Assembly: GCA_965284145.1 (NCBI GenBank)
Contig: CBDIRH010000003.1
Span: forward strand, 569,502 to 633,501
DNA: 64,000 nt
Direction: 5' to 3'
Source of the DNA: Phreatobacter sp.
Lineage (GTDB): Bacteria; Pseudomonadota; Alphaproteobacteria; Rhizobiales; Phreatobacteraceae
Part shown: positions 1-9,333 of the stretch, one piece after another
Numbering within the stretch: position 1 is the stretch's first letter
How the letters are laid out: each line of letters begins with the position of its first letter
Translations under genes and position numbers: made by a program
The notes under the pieces: generated by a model
The model's database searches: none
Told to the model about the DNA's origin: nothing
What the model saw: the letters and a program-made list of their open reading frames with translations, nothing else

Positions 1-250
1 TACCATTACCGCATTACGCGGCAACGAGCCACCGGAGCATAGTTGTCGTTGGCAACTATTGAGACGGCCCGATAACGGCGGAACCATGCCGAGCAAAAGC
101 CCACCCTTTACACCCTCGTCGATCCTATTTCGCCCCCATCAGAAAGGCCCCGTCAGGGCCCTTCTGGTGGAGGCGCCGGGTACTGCCCCCGGGTCCGAAA
201 GGTTTATTGCGATGGCCGTTTATCGCCATAGCCGGGTTGCCCCGGCACCC
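1..250 (-). ncRNA. ssrA: Two-piece (circularly permuted) tmRNA, truncated by the window edge
   Basis: On the minus strand, the acceptor piece ends ...GGACCCGGGGGCAGTACCCGGCGCCTCCACCA at 165. A hairpin intervening segment follows (138-164), then the coding piece starting GGGGGCGAAATAGGATCGAC at 137, with tag frame ANDNYAPVA... from 53. This is the alphaproteobacterial permuted layout. The 5' end is approximate. Confidence 0.95.
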
Positions 251-253
251 CGA

Positions 254-260
254 ATATAGG
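254..260 (-). promoter_or_regulatory. Putative -10 element of ssrA (CCTATAT)
   Basis: CCTATAT lies just upstream of the acceptor piece and resembles alphaproteobacterial RpoD/RpoH -10 elements. Confidence 0.45.
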
Positions 261-286
261 GGAGGCCGCGCGTCGGCGAAAGGCCT

Positions 287-3200
287 TCAGCGACGCATCC
301 CGGGAGCGGGCCCGACCTCGACCGCCGGAGGCAGCGGCGGCAGGATCGACATGGGGGCCCCGGCAGGGGGCGCGGCGGGCCGCGCACCGTCGAGGGCGCG
401 ACGCACCACCGCGGGAAGATCGGATGCCGGCGGGGCGGCGGGCCTTGCGACGGGTCGCGGTGCAGGGACCGGAGTTGCCTCGCGAGGGGCCTCCTGAGGT
501 GCTGCCGGCGGCACGAACAGCTCGATCGACAACTGGCCCGGCATGGGGGGCGGCGGAATGTCGACCTGCGGCGGAGGGATCATCGTGTAGCGGGTGAAGG
601 CCCGCTGGCGGACACGCTCGAGGCGGTCACTCTCCGTCATCCGGATGCGCATGGCCGCCCGATCGACGAGCCGCAGGCCGAGCCAGCCCGAGACGTCGTC
701 GGTATCGATGGCTCGCCTCGCCGCCCCCACGGGTCCCTCGAAGCGCACGGCGACGACCGGCATGGTCTCGGCCTCGGGGATGGGGTCCGGCGCGACCCGG
801 ACGGTCGCCGCGATCGTCCCCTCTCCGAGGTCGGCGCTGCCGGACCAGGCCAGACGGCCGCCCGGCACGTCGAAGCCTGTCGTCCCGGCCCTCAGGGTCA
901 GGCCCGACCAGGTCAGCGACGACACCGCGGCCGGACGCGCGACGTCGGCGGTCAGCCCCTGGGCGAGCGCGGCGCCAAAGGCCATGTCGGTCATGGAGCG
1001 ACCCATGTCCTGCGCCAGCTCCGCCTGCCGGGTCACGCGCGCCAGGGCCGACGGGTCGGCACCCGTGACCCGCCCGGCCGACCAGCCGAGGCGGCCCGTG
1101 CCGTTGAGGCTGGCCATGAGCGCAGCCGGCGAGGCGCCCTCTCCCGCAAGTTCGGCCGCAAGCGTCATCTCTCCCACCGCACCGGGCCGGGCGAGCCGCG
1201 CCGGCACCCCGTCCAGTTGCAGCTTCGCCGACAAGAGGGTGCGCAGCGGAGACCGGTCCACCTTCGCCTCCCCGGCCAGCCGGGCAGATCCGATGCGGCC
1301 CCGCACGTCCGTCAGGGAGGAACCCTGCCCGCGTCGCACGAGACGGCCGGTCACATCCTCGACGGGCGGGTAGCCGCCGAGCCCGATCCGCGAGATCGCA
1401 AGCCCGATGTCGACGTCGATCCGCTCAAGGATCGTGCTGCCGAAGGCGGCGGTGGTGAACTCCCCGGCACCGGTGTCGATCAGCCAGGCCGGTCCGCTCA
1501 GCATCGCCAGGGTGGCCTCCCCCGAAAGGGCTCCGAGCCTCACCTCCCCGCGCGCCAAAGCGCCGCGGCCGGACAGATCGGCGACGACGGTGGTGGCGCC
1601 GATGCGGCCCGAGGCCTGCTCCGTCTTCCAGTCCGCGCCGCTGGCCGAGGCGCGCAGGTCGAATGTCGCGGGCAGCGGGCCGGACAACTCGGCCGGCACT
1701 CCGAGGAGCGGCATCAGCGCCGAGGCATCCGTCGACCGCAGCGAGGCCGAGGCCTGCGTCTGGCTTCCGCGGCTCTGCGTATCGAAACGGATGGTGCTCC
1801 CGGCCGACTCGGCCGCGCCGCTGAGCCGCCACGAGAGGGAGTCGGGCCGCTCCAGAAGGACGGTCAGGCGCGTTCTCGCCTCGGGGGTCGGGGCTGGCGC
1901 GTCGGTCCCAGCGACAAGGGCGAAGATCTGGTCTGCGCGCGGGGCATCGAGCGACACCGTCGCGCGGCCGGTGAGATCGTGTAGCCGGGCAGGATCGCCC
2001 GCACCCGCGGCATCGAGTTGCAACGTGGCGTCGCCGACGCGTCCCTCGACACGGAGACCGAGGGCCGAGCGGCCGCTGGCGGCAAAGGTGACGCCGAGAT
2101 CGGCACCGGCAAGCGCCGCGGCACGCTGGCCGAGCCAGGTCGCCAGGGCACGGGTCCGCTCGTCGCGGTTCAGCAACGCCACGAGCCCGTCGATGTTGGT
2201 GGCCCGCACGCGGCCTGCGAGTCGTCCGACAAGCGGTCCGCCGAGGCCGTCGAGCCGGCCCGTGAGATCCAGCCCGAAACCCGCGAGGTCGCCGACGCGC
2301 AGCCGCTCGGCATCGAAGGTGCGGCCGTCCGTGGCGATGGCGATGTCGAGGTCACGCGCCAGCAAGCCGCCGAGGCTGGCATGGCGGGCGCGCAACTGGA
2401 TGCGCGTATCGGTCGCCGGGTCGAGCCGCGCACCGGCGCCGCGCGCGAGCCGCATCACGAGATCGAGGTCGAGGGCGTCGGCGTCGATCTGCGCCTGGAG
2501 GGCATGACGGCCCAGGGCGGGAACATCGAGCGCCAATCGACCGGTCGCCTGCCCTGCGGCCGTGCGGGTCCTGATGTCGTCGAGCACGAGGCGGCCATCG
2601 TCGACGGTCATGCGGGTGGTCAGCTGGATCGGATCGTCCAGCGTGCCGGCGGGCGCCTGCAGGCCGTCGAGCCAGGCCATGAGCACGGCGGGACGCGCCG
2701 CATTGACGGACAGGGTCCCCGAAAAGCCCTGCTCGCCGGCGAGGGAAAGCTGCCCGGCGGCGTCGATGGTGGAATCGCCCGGCAGGCGCGCCGACAGGCG
2801 CTCGACAGCCCAGCCACCCGTTCCCGACCGGACGTCGCCCCTGAGGTCGGTGAGCTGTGAGCCGCCGAGAACCATGCCGCCGATCTCGAAACCAAGCGTG
2901 ATCGGCATGCGTCCCGATGCGAGGTGCGGCACCTCGGCCAGCAAGCCGTTCAGCACGTCACGCGGCAGGCGCCGCGGCCCTTCCACCAGACGGTCGAGAT
3001 CGACCTGCCGCGCCGTCACGATTGCCTCCAGCCCTCCGCTCTCGCCAAAGGCATAGCGAAAGGAGCCGCCGGCCCGCACGATCCGGTCGCCTGACCCCGC
3101 CTGCGCCTCAGCCCGCTGCATCACCAGGGCCTGCGAGGTGAGCGCGACAGCTCCCGCGACGCGCCATGGCAGGCGGCCGGAGTGGCCGGACAACACGAGG

Positions 3201-3859
3201 TCGCCGTCGAACCGCGGCCGGCCTGCGTCACCGATCGTGCCCTCCGCCTCGATCGCCGGACCATCGGGGCGCTCGGGCACGCGCAGGCGGAGCGCCAGGG
3301 CGCCGCTGTCGGTCAGGCTCATCAACAGGTGGAGCGGCAGAGCAGACTCACCGACCGCAGCCGAACCCTCGAGCCTCACCGGCCCCTTCGCGCCACGCGA
3401 TTCACCGGTCAGCATCAGGCGCTCAGCGACGAGCATGGCCGGCCCGGTGGCGTCGACGACGGACAGCCGGGCATTCTCGACGGTCAGGTCGTCGACCAGC
3501 ACGATCTCGCCCGGCAGCGACGACAGGGACAGGCTGACGTCAGCGTCGCGGATATGCAGTGCGGTCAGCGAGGCCTCGCCGCGCAACAGGGGCGCAACCC
3601 TGAGCTCTCCCCTGATACGTCCGATCCGCGCCCCGCCACGGTCGGTGCCCACCGTCACGTCGCGTGCATCGACGCGGATCGTCGGAAGCAGCCGAATGCT
3701 CAGGTCGCCACCGATGCGGACGGGTGTCCCGAACAGGCGGGACGCCTCGGCCTCGATCCGTGGCTTGTGGGCGTTCCAGTCGACCAGCCAAGGCCCGACA
3801 AGCGCCGTCACGATGGCGGCGATGAGGGCGATGGCAATGGCGAGCAGCGTGTTCTGCAA
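287..3859 (-). CDS. AsmA family protein (bridge-like lipid transfer superfamily)
   Basis: 1190 aa. N-terminal TM followed by the typical AsmA start (GPWLVDWN...IGGDLSIRLLP), a beta-rich body, and a Pro-rich C-terminal tail. Confidence 0.85.
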   Translation of the reverse strand: MQNTLLAIAIALIAAIVTALVGPWLVDWNAHKPRIEAEASRLFGTPVRIGGDLSIRLLPTIRVDARDVTVGTDRGGARIGRIRGELRVAPLLRGEASLTALHIRDADVSLSLSSLPGEIVLVDDLTVENARLSVVDATGPAMLVAERLMLTGESRGAKGPVRLEGSAAVGESALPLHLLMSLTDSGALALRLRVPERPDGPAIEAEGTIGDAGRPRFDGDLVLSGHSGRLPWRVAGAVALTSQALVMQRAEAQAGSGDRIVRAGGSFRYAFGESGGLEAIVTARQVDLDRLVEGPRRLPRDVLNGLLAEVPHLASGRMPITLGFEIGGMVLGGSQLTDLRGDVRSGTGGWAVERLSARLPGDSTIDAAGQLSLAGEQGFSGTLSVNAARPAVLMAWLDGLQAPAGTLDDPIQLTTRMTVDDGRLVLDDIRTRTAAGQATGRLALDVPALGRHALQAQIDADALDLDLVMRLARGAGARLDPATDTRIQLRARHASLGGLLARDLDIAIATDGRTFDAERLRVGDLAGFGLDLTGRLDGLGGPLVGRLAGRVRATNIDGLVALLNRDERTRALATWLGQRAAALAGADLGVTFAASGRSALGLRVEGRVGDATLQLDAAGAGDPARLHDLTGRATVSLDAPRADQIFALVAGTDAPAPTPEARTRLTVLLERPDSLSWRLSGAAESAGSTIRFDTQSRGSQTQASASLRSTDASALMPLLGVPAELSGPLPATFDLRASASGADWKTEQASGRIGATTVVADLSGRGALARGEVRLGALSGEATLAMLSGPAWLIDTGAGEFTTAAFGSTILERIDVDIGLAISRIGLGGYPPVEDVTGRLVRRGQGSSLTDVRGRIGSARLAGEAKVDRSPLRTLLSAKLQLDGVPARLARPGAVGEMTLAAELAGEGASPAALMASLNGTGRLGWSAGRVTGADPSALARVTRQAELAQDMGRSMTDMAFGAALAQGLTADVARPAAVSSLTWSGLTLRAGTTGFDVPGGRLAWSGSADLGEGTIAATVRVAPDPIPEAETMPVVAVRFEGPVGAARRAIDTDDVSGWLGLRLVDRAAMRIRMTESDRLERVRQRAFTRYTMIPPPQVDIPPPPMPGQLSIELFVPPAAPQEAPREATPVPAPRPVARPAAPPASDLPAVVRRALDGARPAAPPAGAPMSILPPLPPAVEVGPAPGMRR

Positions 3860-3941
3860 CGGGGGCGCTCCGCGGCCGTGGCGGCACCGCCCGAATGTAG
3901 GCGATGCGCAAGGCGGCCGGAAGGGCGGGCCGGCCGCCGTC

Positions 3942-4723
3942 TCAGCGGATCATTGTCCCCTGCCGTCCGAAGCCCCAGCCGAAGCCGCCCGATGGCGCCG
4001 CCGGCTGCAGCATCTGCACCGTTTCGGGTCGCGGCCGGCAGACACGCCGTGTCCAGCGCGGATCGTGACGGGCGAGGTCGAGATGGAAGTGGTCGTAGTG
4101 GAAGGGATCGGCGCCCGGGCCGAGCACGGTGGTGAAGTGATCGCAGGCGCGCACGAAGATTTCGCGGAGGAACCCCGATTCCGCGGTATCGCCCCGCCAG
4201 TGCTGGCGGATCTGGACGGTATGTCCGCTCGACAGCACGAAGGCGAAGACGTCGAGAGCATTGCCGTAGGAGTGCTCGGACATGCGACCCGGCGACCTCC
4301 GCGAATGCCGCGGCAGGAATAGGAGCCGGCCTTGACCTCGACGACAGTGGCGCCAAACCAGCGCTGCGCCGCGGGCTGCACGACGTTGTCCACCCAGCGG
4401 TCGACCGTCGGCACCATCTGGCAGGCGAGCGTCTGCGGCCGGCTGTAGGCGACCTGACCGCGCGACTGGGCGGCAACGCGCAGCGGATAGTCCATGCCGC
4501 AAGTGCCTGGGCCGTTGATCGTGTTGGTTCGCTGGACGTAGCGCGACATCTGCACGGCCCCGGAAGCCATGCAGCGGCTCTCGAGGTCGGAACGCCACTG
4601 CTCGCGCCGCTCATAGGCGTAGCGACCGCAGGCGGCGAGCGTCAGCCCGGCCACGATGAAGGCGAACCATCTGAATGCCCGTCGACCCGGGCGGTGTGTG
4701 CCGAACGCAACACTCATCGGCAA
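3942..4723 (-). CDS. Extensin-like C-terminal domain lipoprotein (frameshift near 4290)
   Basis: Lipobox LTLAAC. CGMDYPL and GSYSCR are in one frame; SEHSYGNALD and HYDHFHLD continue in another frame to the stop at 3942. Confidence 0.8.
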
Positions 4724-4875
4724 TGTCCGAAAATTCGGGGAATGTCCCTAACGAGGCATTCATCATCGCCGAGCCGGGTGAACGCCTTGCGAAGAAAGGC
4801 GGTTAGGAAAGCGTTGACGCCCTGTCCCCGGAACGGACGCTTTCCCCTCGGAGAATCTTGGCCTAGTCAGGCCTG

Positions 4876-5691
4876 ATGACCCCTCCCTTTGACGACCCCG
4901 ACCTGCTCGACGCCCTCGGCACGCTGGCAAGCGAGGCCGGTGCGCGCATCATGGCCCACTACGGCGGCGCGGCGACCCTGAAGGGCGACGGGTCCCCGGT
5001 GACGGCTGCCGACCATGCGGCCGAGGAGGTCATCCTGGCCGGGCTTGCGCGACTGCTGCCGGGCGTTCCCGTGCTGGCCGAAGAAGCCGCGGCAGCCGGC
5101 CATTGGCCCGAAACGACAGACCTCCTCATCGCGGTCGACCCGCTCGACGGCACCCGCGAGTTCGTCAACCAGAACGGCGAATTCACCGTCAACATCGGCC
5201 TGATCGCCAACGGGCGCCCGGTCGCCGGCGTGGTCGGCGCCCCTGCCCTGTCGCGCCTGTGGATCGGCGCGGGACATGGTGCCGAGGCGATGACGCTGGC
5301 ACCCGGCGTGGCGATGGCCCAGGCGCGCGATCGTCGCCCGATCACGACGCGTCCTCTGCCCGCGTCCGGGCCGGTCGCCCTCGTCAGCCGCTCCCATCCC
5401 GATGCCGCCAGCGAGGCATACTACCTCGAGCGAGGCATCGCCGCGCGTCGCCCGGTCGGCTCCTCGCTCAAGTACACGCTGATCGCCGAGGGCGAGGCGG
5501 ATGTCAGCGTCCGCTTCGCGTCAATTACCGAGTGGGATATCGCGGCCGCCCACGCGGTGCTGGCTGCGGCCGGTGGCTGCATGACCCAGCCGGACGGCTC
5601 GCCCCTCGTCTATGGACGGGCCGATCGCAAGTTCCGGACCGACCACTTCATCGCCTGCAGCGGCGCCTTCGCGGCGAGCGGCCGGCGCTGA
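4876..5691 (+). CDS. cysQ: 3'(2'),5'-bisphosphate nucleotidase CysQ
   Basis: Motifs KGDGSPVTAAD, DPLDGTREF, EFTVNIGLI, GSSLK and EWDIAAAH. Confidence 0.92.
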   Translation: MTPPFDDPDLLDALGTLASEAGARIMAHYGGAATLKGDGSPVTAADHAAEEVILAGLARLLPGVPVLAEEAAAAGHWPETTDLLIAVDPLDGTREFVNQNGEFTVNIGLIANGRPVAGVVGAPALSRLWIGAGHGAEAMTLAPGVAMAQARDRRPITTRPLPASGPVALVSRSHPDAASEAYYLERGIAARRPVGSSLKYTLIAEGEADVSVRFASITEWDIAAAHAVLAAAGGCMTQPDGSPLVYGRADRKFRTDHFIACSGAFAASGRR

Positions 5692-5726
5692 TCTCGGCTG
5701 GTGCTGCGGGATCGTCCCGGAAATTT

Positions 5727-5740
5727 TTGATCTTTGTCAA
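5727..5740. promoter_or_regulatory. FNR/FixK-type box
   Basis: TTGAT-cttt-GTCAA, one mismatch to TTGAT-N4-ATCAA, in an AT-rich intergenic region. Confidence 0.5.
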
Positions 5741-5803
5741 TTCTGCGCCGATGGCCGGCCCCCGGTGCCGCCGCGGGCGGCCCCCGCATAAGTGGATTAA
5801 TTC

Positions 5804-5818
5804 TGACAACAAATTTCA
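5804..5818. promoter_or_regulatory. IRO-like motif (RirA/Rrf2-type)
   Basis: TGA-caacaaatt-TCA (TGA-N9-TCA, AT-rich spacer) upstream of an iron ABC transporter. Confidence 0.4.
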
Positions 5819-5821
5819 CCA

Positions 5822-5861
5822 TCTAGAGCCGTTCCAAGGAGAAGTTTGGAGCAATTCCAAT
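5822..5861. promoter_or_regulatory. Two tandem ICE-like (Irr) boxes
   Basis: TCTAGAGCCGTTCCAAG (5822-5838) matches TTTRGAAYNRTTCYAAA at 14/17. TTTGGAGCAATTCCAAT (5845-5861) matches at 15/17. Confidence 0.6.
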
Positions 5862-5982
5862 GTTATCGCGGCATCTTGTTACGAAAATCAGCCCCATTAT
5901 GATGCGTGACGACAGGTTTCGCGCCAATGGCGTGGCCAATCGAGAGATGTCCCGCACCCCGGGACGACCGGTGGAGACCCCC

Positions 5983-7047
5983 ATGATCACCTCACCCACG
6001 CGCCGCGCCCTCCTCGGCGGTGCCACCCTTCTTCTCGCCTCTCCGGCCTTCCTCAGGGCGCAGACACGGACGCTGAATCTCTATTCCTCGCGCCACTACG
6101 ACACCGACGAGGCGCTCTATTCCGACTTCACCAAGCAGACCGGCATCGCCATCAACCGGGTCGAGGCCGGCGAGGACCCACTGCTCGCCCGCATGCAGAG
6201 CGAAGGCGCCAACTCCCCCGCCGACGTGCTGATCACCGTCGATGCCGGACGCATCGAGAAAGCCGTGGGCATGGGCCTGCTGCAGCCGCTGAACTCGCCG
6301 GTGCTCGCCAGCCGCATCCCGGCGAACCTGCGCGACCCCGACGGCAACTGGTTCGGTTTTTCGACCCGCGCCCGCGTGCATGCATGGTGCGACAAGGACA
6401 AGGTGCCGGCGGACGGCGCGCATCCAGGACCTACGAGGATCTCGCCGACGCCGAAATGGAAGGGCAAGGTGCTGATCCGTGCCTCCAGCCAACGTCTACA
6501 ACCAGTCGCTGACCGGCGCGATGCTGGCCGCGCTACGGGCCGGAGAAGACCGAGGCCTGGGCACGCGGTGTGGTGGCCAACATGGCCCGTCCGCCGCGCG
6601 GCGGCGACACCGACCAGATCAAGGCGGCCGCCGCGCGGCGAGGGCGACATCGCCGTCGCCAACACCTACTATTTCGGCAGCCTCGCCAAGTCGTCGAAGC
6701 CGGAGGACACGGCCGTCGTGGCGAAGCTGCGCGTCGTGTTCCCGAACCAGGGCGACCGCGGCACGCACGTCAACATCAGCGGCGGCGCCGGTGTCGCGAA
6801 GCATGCGCCCAACAAGGCCGTCGGCGCCGTGAAGGCCTTCCTGGAGTACCTGGTCGTCGCCGTCAGGCCCAGAAGCTACTTCGCCGAGGGCAACTCGGAG
6901 TATCCGGTGGTGTGCCGGCGTGGCGCCGCTCGGCCGAGCTGTCAGTCGCTCGGCACCAGTTCACGGAAGACCAGCTCAACGCCCGCGTCTTCGCGCAGCA
7001 ACAATGCCGAGGCGCTGAAGATCATGGATCGCGCGGGCTGGAAGTGA
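5983..7047 (+). CDS. fbpA: Fe(III) ABC transporter substrate-binding protein (FbpA/FutA type), internal frameshifts
   Basis: GGAG SD before the ATG at 5983. Tat-like TRRALL signal; motifs LYSSRHYDTD, SPADVLITVDAG, ANTYY, HVNISG and MDRAGWK. Several indels lie at about 6370-7000. Confidence 0.88.
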   Translation: MITSPTRRALLGGATLLLASPAFLRAQTRTLNLYSSRHYDTDEALYSDFTKQTGIAINRVEAGEDPLLARMQSEGANSPADVLITVDAGRIEKAVGMGLLQPLNSPVLASRIPANLRDPDGNWFGFSTRARVHAWCDKDKVPADGAHPGPTRISPTPKWKGKVLIRASSQRLQPVADRRDAGRATGRRRPRPGHAVWWPTWPVRRAAATPTRSRRPPRGEGDIAVANTYYFGSLAKSSKPEDTAVVAKLRVVFPNQGDRGTHVNISGGAGVAKHAPNKAVGAVKAFLEYLVVAVRPRSYFAEGNSEYPVVCRRGAARPSCQSLGTSSRKTSSTPASSRSNNAEALKIMDRAGWK

Positions 7048-7051
7048 ACTC

Positions 7052-8752
7052 TTGACCGACGCCGCCCTCGTCCATTCCCGCGAAACCCGCCAGCGCCCGG
7101 TCGTCATGACCGGGCGCAACGCGTTTCTCGCGTTGACCCTGGCGCTCGCAGGCCTCATCGCCATGCCGATCCTGGCCGTGGCCCTCACCGTGCTGCAACC
7201 GGCGGGCGGGGCGATCGCCCATCTGGCCGAGACCGTGCTCGCCGAGATCGTCCTCAACACCATCGGGATGATGCTGATGGTCGGCGCCGGCACGGCGATC
7301 ATCGGCGTAGGAACTGCCTGGCTGGTGACGCTCTGCCGGTTTCCCGGCTCCCGGGTGCTCGAATGGGCGCTGCTGCTGCCACTGGCCGTCCCGGCCTACA
7401 TCATCGGCTATGCCTATACCGACGCCATGGCCTTCGCCGGTCCGATCCAGAGCGGCCTGCGCGCGGCTTTCGGCTGGTCGCGCGGCGACTACTGGTTTCC
7501 GGAGATTCACAACCTCGCCGGGGTCAGCCTGATGCTCACCCTGGTGCTCTACCCCTACGTCTATCTGCTGGCGCGCGCCGCCTTCCTCGACCAGTCGACC
7601 TGCGTGCTGGAAGCAGCACGCACCCTCGGCGCGAGCCCCTGGTCGGCCTGTTTCCGCGTCGGCCTGCCCATGGCGCGCCCGGCTATCGCTGCGGGCGTTG
7701 CGCTGGCGCTGATGGAGGCGCTCGCCGACTTCGGCACGGTCCAGTACTTCGGCGTCACCACCTTCACCACCACCATCTACCGCACGTGGTTCGGCCTCGG
7801 GGATCGGGTCGCCGCCGGGCAGCTGGCGACCGGCCTTCTCGGCTTCGTCCTTCTGCTCGTCGCCATCGAGTTCATCGCCCGGAGAGGCCGCCGCTTCGGT
7901 GTCGGCGGGCGGCGGCACCGCAGCATCGCGCCTCTGCAGCTCGGTCCGCGCGCCGGCCTCGGCGCCATCCTCGCCTGTGGACTGCCGGTGCTGCTCGGCT
8001 TCATCCTGCCGGTCGCTGCTCTCATCCGGCTGCACGGGGTGGACGGTGACCCGCTGTTCAGCGAGCGCTTCCTGTCATTTGCGCGCAATTCCTTCGTGCT
8101 CGCCGGCGGCGCTGCGCTCATCGTCGTGACGGCGGCGACACTCGTCGCCTATGCCGGGCGCCTCGCGCCCGGCCCGCTCACCACCACGGCGATCCGCGTC
8201 GCCAGCATCGGCTATGCCGTGCCCGGCACGGTCATCGCGGTCGGCATCCTGATGTCGCTCGGCGCCCTCGACAACGCACTCGACGGCTGGATGAAGGCAA
8301 GCTTCGGGAAAGGCACCGGCCTTATCCTGTCGGGCACCGCCATCGCGCTCATCTACGCCTATCTCGTCCGTTTCCTGGCGGTGGCCGCCGGGCCGGTGGA
8401 GTCGGGGCTGCACAAGATCCCGCCTTCGCTCGACGCGGCGGCCCGTACGCTGGGCGCCAGCGTCGCCAACGTCGCCCGCACCATCCATGCCCCGATGCTC
8501 AGGCGCTCGCTGCTGACGGCGGCGCTGCTGGTCTTCGTCGACGTGCTGAAGGAACTGCCGGCGACCATCATCGTCCGTCCCTTCAATTTCGATACGCTGG
8601 CGATCCGCGTCTACAATCTGGCCTCGGACGAGCGCCTGGCGCAGGCCTCGACCGGGGCTCTCGTCATCGTCGCCATCGGCATCGTACCGGTCATCATCCT
8701 GACGCGGATGATCGCGCGCGACACGCGCCACGGCTCGCGCCCGGGCGCGTGA
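7052..8752 (+). CDS. fbpB: Fe(III) ABC transporter permease
   Basis: Two permease halves with EAARTLG and DAAARTLG loops; motifs MEALADFG and KELPATIIVRPFNFDTLA. Confidence 0.92.
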   Translation: MTDAALVHSRETRQRPVVMTGRNAFLALTLALAGLIAMPILAVALTVLQPAGGAIAHLAETVLAEIVLNTIGMMLMVGAGTAIIGVGTAWLVTLCRFPGSRVLEWALLLPLAVPAYIIGYAYTDAMAFAGPIQSGLRAAFGWSRGDYWFPEIHNLAGVSLMLTLVLYPYVYLLARAAFLDQSTCVLEAARTLGASPWSACFRVGLPMARPAIAAGVALALMEALADFGTVQYFGVTTFTTTIYRTWFGLGDRVAAGQLATGLLGFVLLLVAIEFIARRGRRFGVGGRRHRSIAPLQLGPRAGLGAILACGLPVLLGFILPVAALIRLHGVDGDPLFSERFLSFARNSFVLAGGAALIVVTAATLVAYAGRLAPGPLTTTAIRVASIGYAVPGTVIAVGILMSLGALDNALDGWMKASFGKGTGLILSGTAIALIYAYLVRFLAVAAGPVESGLHKIPPSLDAAARTLGASVANVARTIHAPMLRRSLLTAALLVFVDVLKELPATIIVRPFNFDTLAIRVYNLASDERLAQASTGALVIVAIGIVPVIILTRMIARDTRHGSRPGA

Positions 8753-8755
8753 GGA

Positions 8756-9238
8756 TCAGCGGCGGTCGCGGAAGAAGTCGCGCAGCAGTTCCGCCGACAC
8801 CGTCTCGCTCAGACCGCCGTAGACGTCAGGCCGGTGGTGGCAGCTCGGCTGGGCATAGAGCCTCACACCATTCTCGACCGCCCCGCCCTTGATATCGGCC
8901 GCGCCGAAATAGAGCCGGCGGATGCGGGCGAAGGAAATGGCCTGCGGCGCACATCGGGCAGGGTTCAAGGGTCACGTAGAGGTCGCAGCCGGGCAGCCGT
9001 TCCGCAGCCCAGGGCGGCGCAGGCGGCGCGAATGGCGAGAATTTCCGCATGGGCGGTCGGATCGCGGTCCGGCTCAGTGTGCGATTGCCGGCGCGGCGAG
9101 CACGGCGCCGTCGCGCGCCGACGACACGCGCCGATCAGGCACCTCGCCGCGCGCTGCGGCTGCACGCGCCTCCTCGAGGGCGATCTGCATCGGCTCGTTG
9201 ACGATATCCGGCAGCGGCGAATCGGCCTCTCTCGCCAT
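8756..9238 (-). CDS. tadA: tRNA adenosine deaminase TadA / nucleoside deaminase (multiple frameshifts)
   Basis: DPTAHAEILAIR, LYVTLEPCPMC and ISFARIRRLYFGA are spread over three frames. Confidence 0.85.
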
Positions 9239-9333
9239 TTCGTCCCGTTCGTGTTACACGCCCGCTTTCCTGCCGGGGTACCCGGCCGCGCACGCCGGAC
9301 GGCGCCGCGACAACCCGATCTCACGAGAACCCC

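Noticed and set aside
138-200. tRNA-like CCA end as a tRNA gene or integration site
   Set aside because: It is the tmRNA acceptor piece; there is no integrase and no duplicated att sequence in the window.
59-497. Short plus-strand ORFs at the window start
   Set aside because: They are antisense to tmRNA and the AsmA gene and show no protein features.
4803-4818. CtrA-like TTAG-N7-TTGAC between the extensin gene and cysQ
   Set aside because: Both half-sites mismatch, and it could simply be a -35 element; too weak to call.
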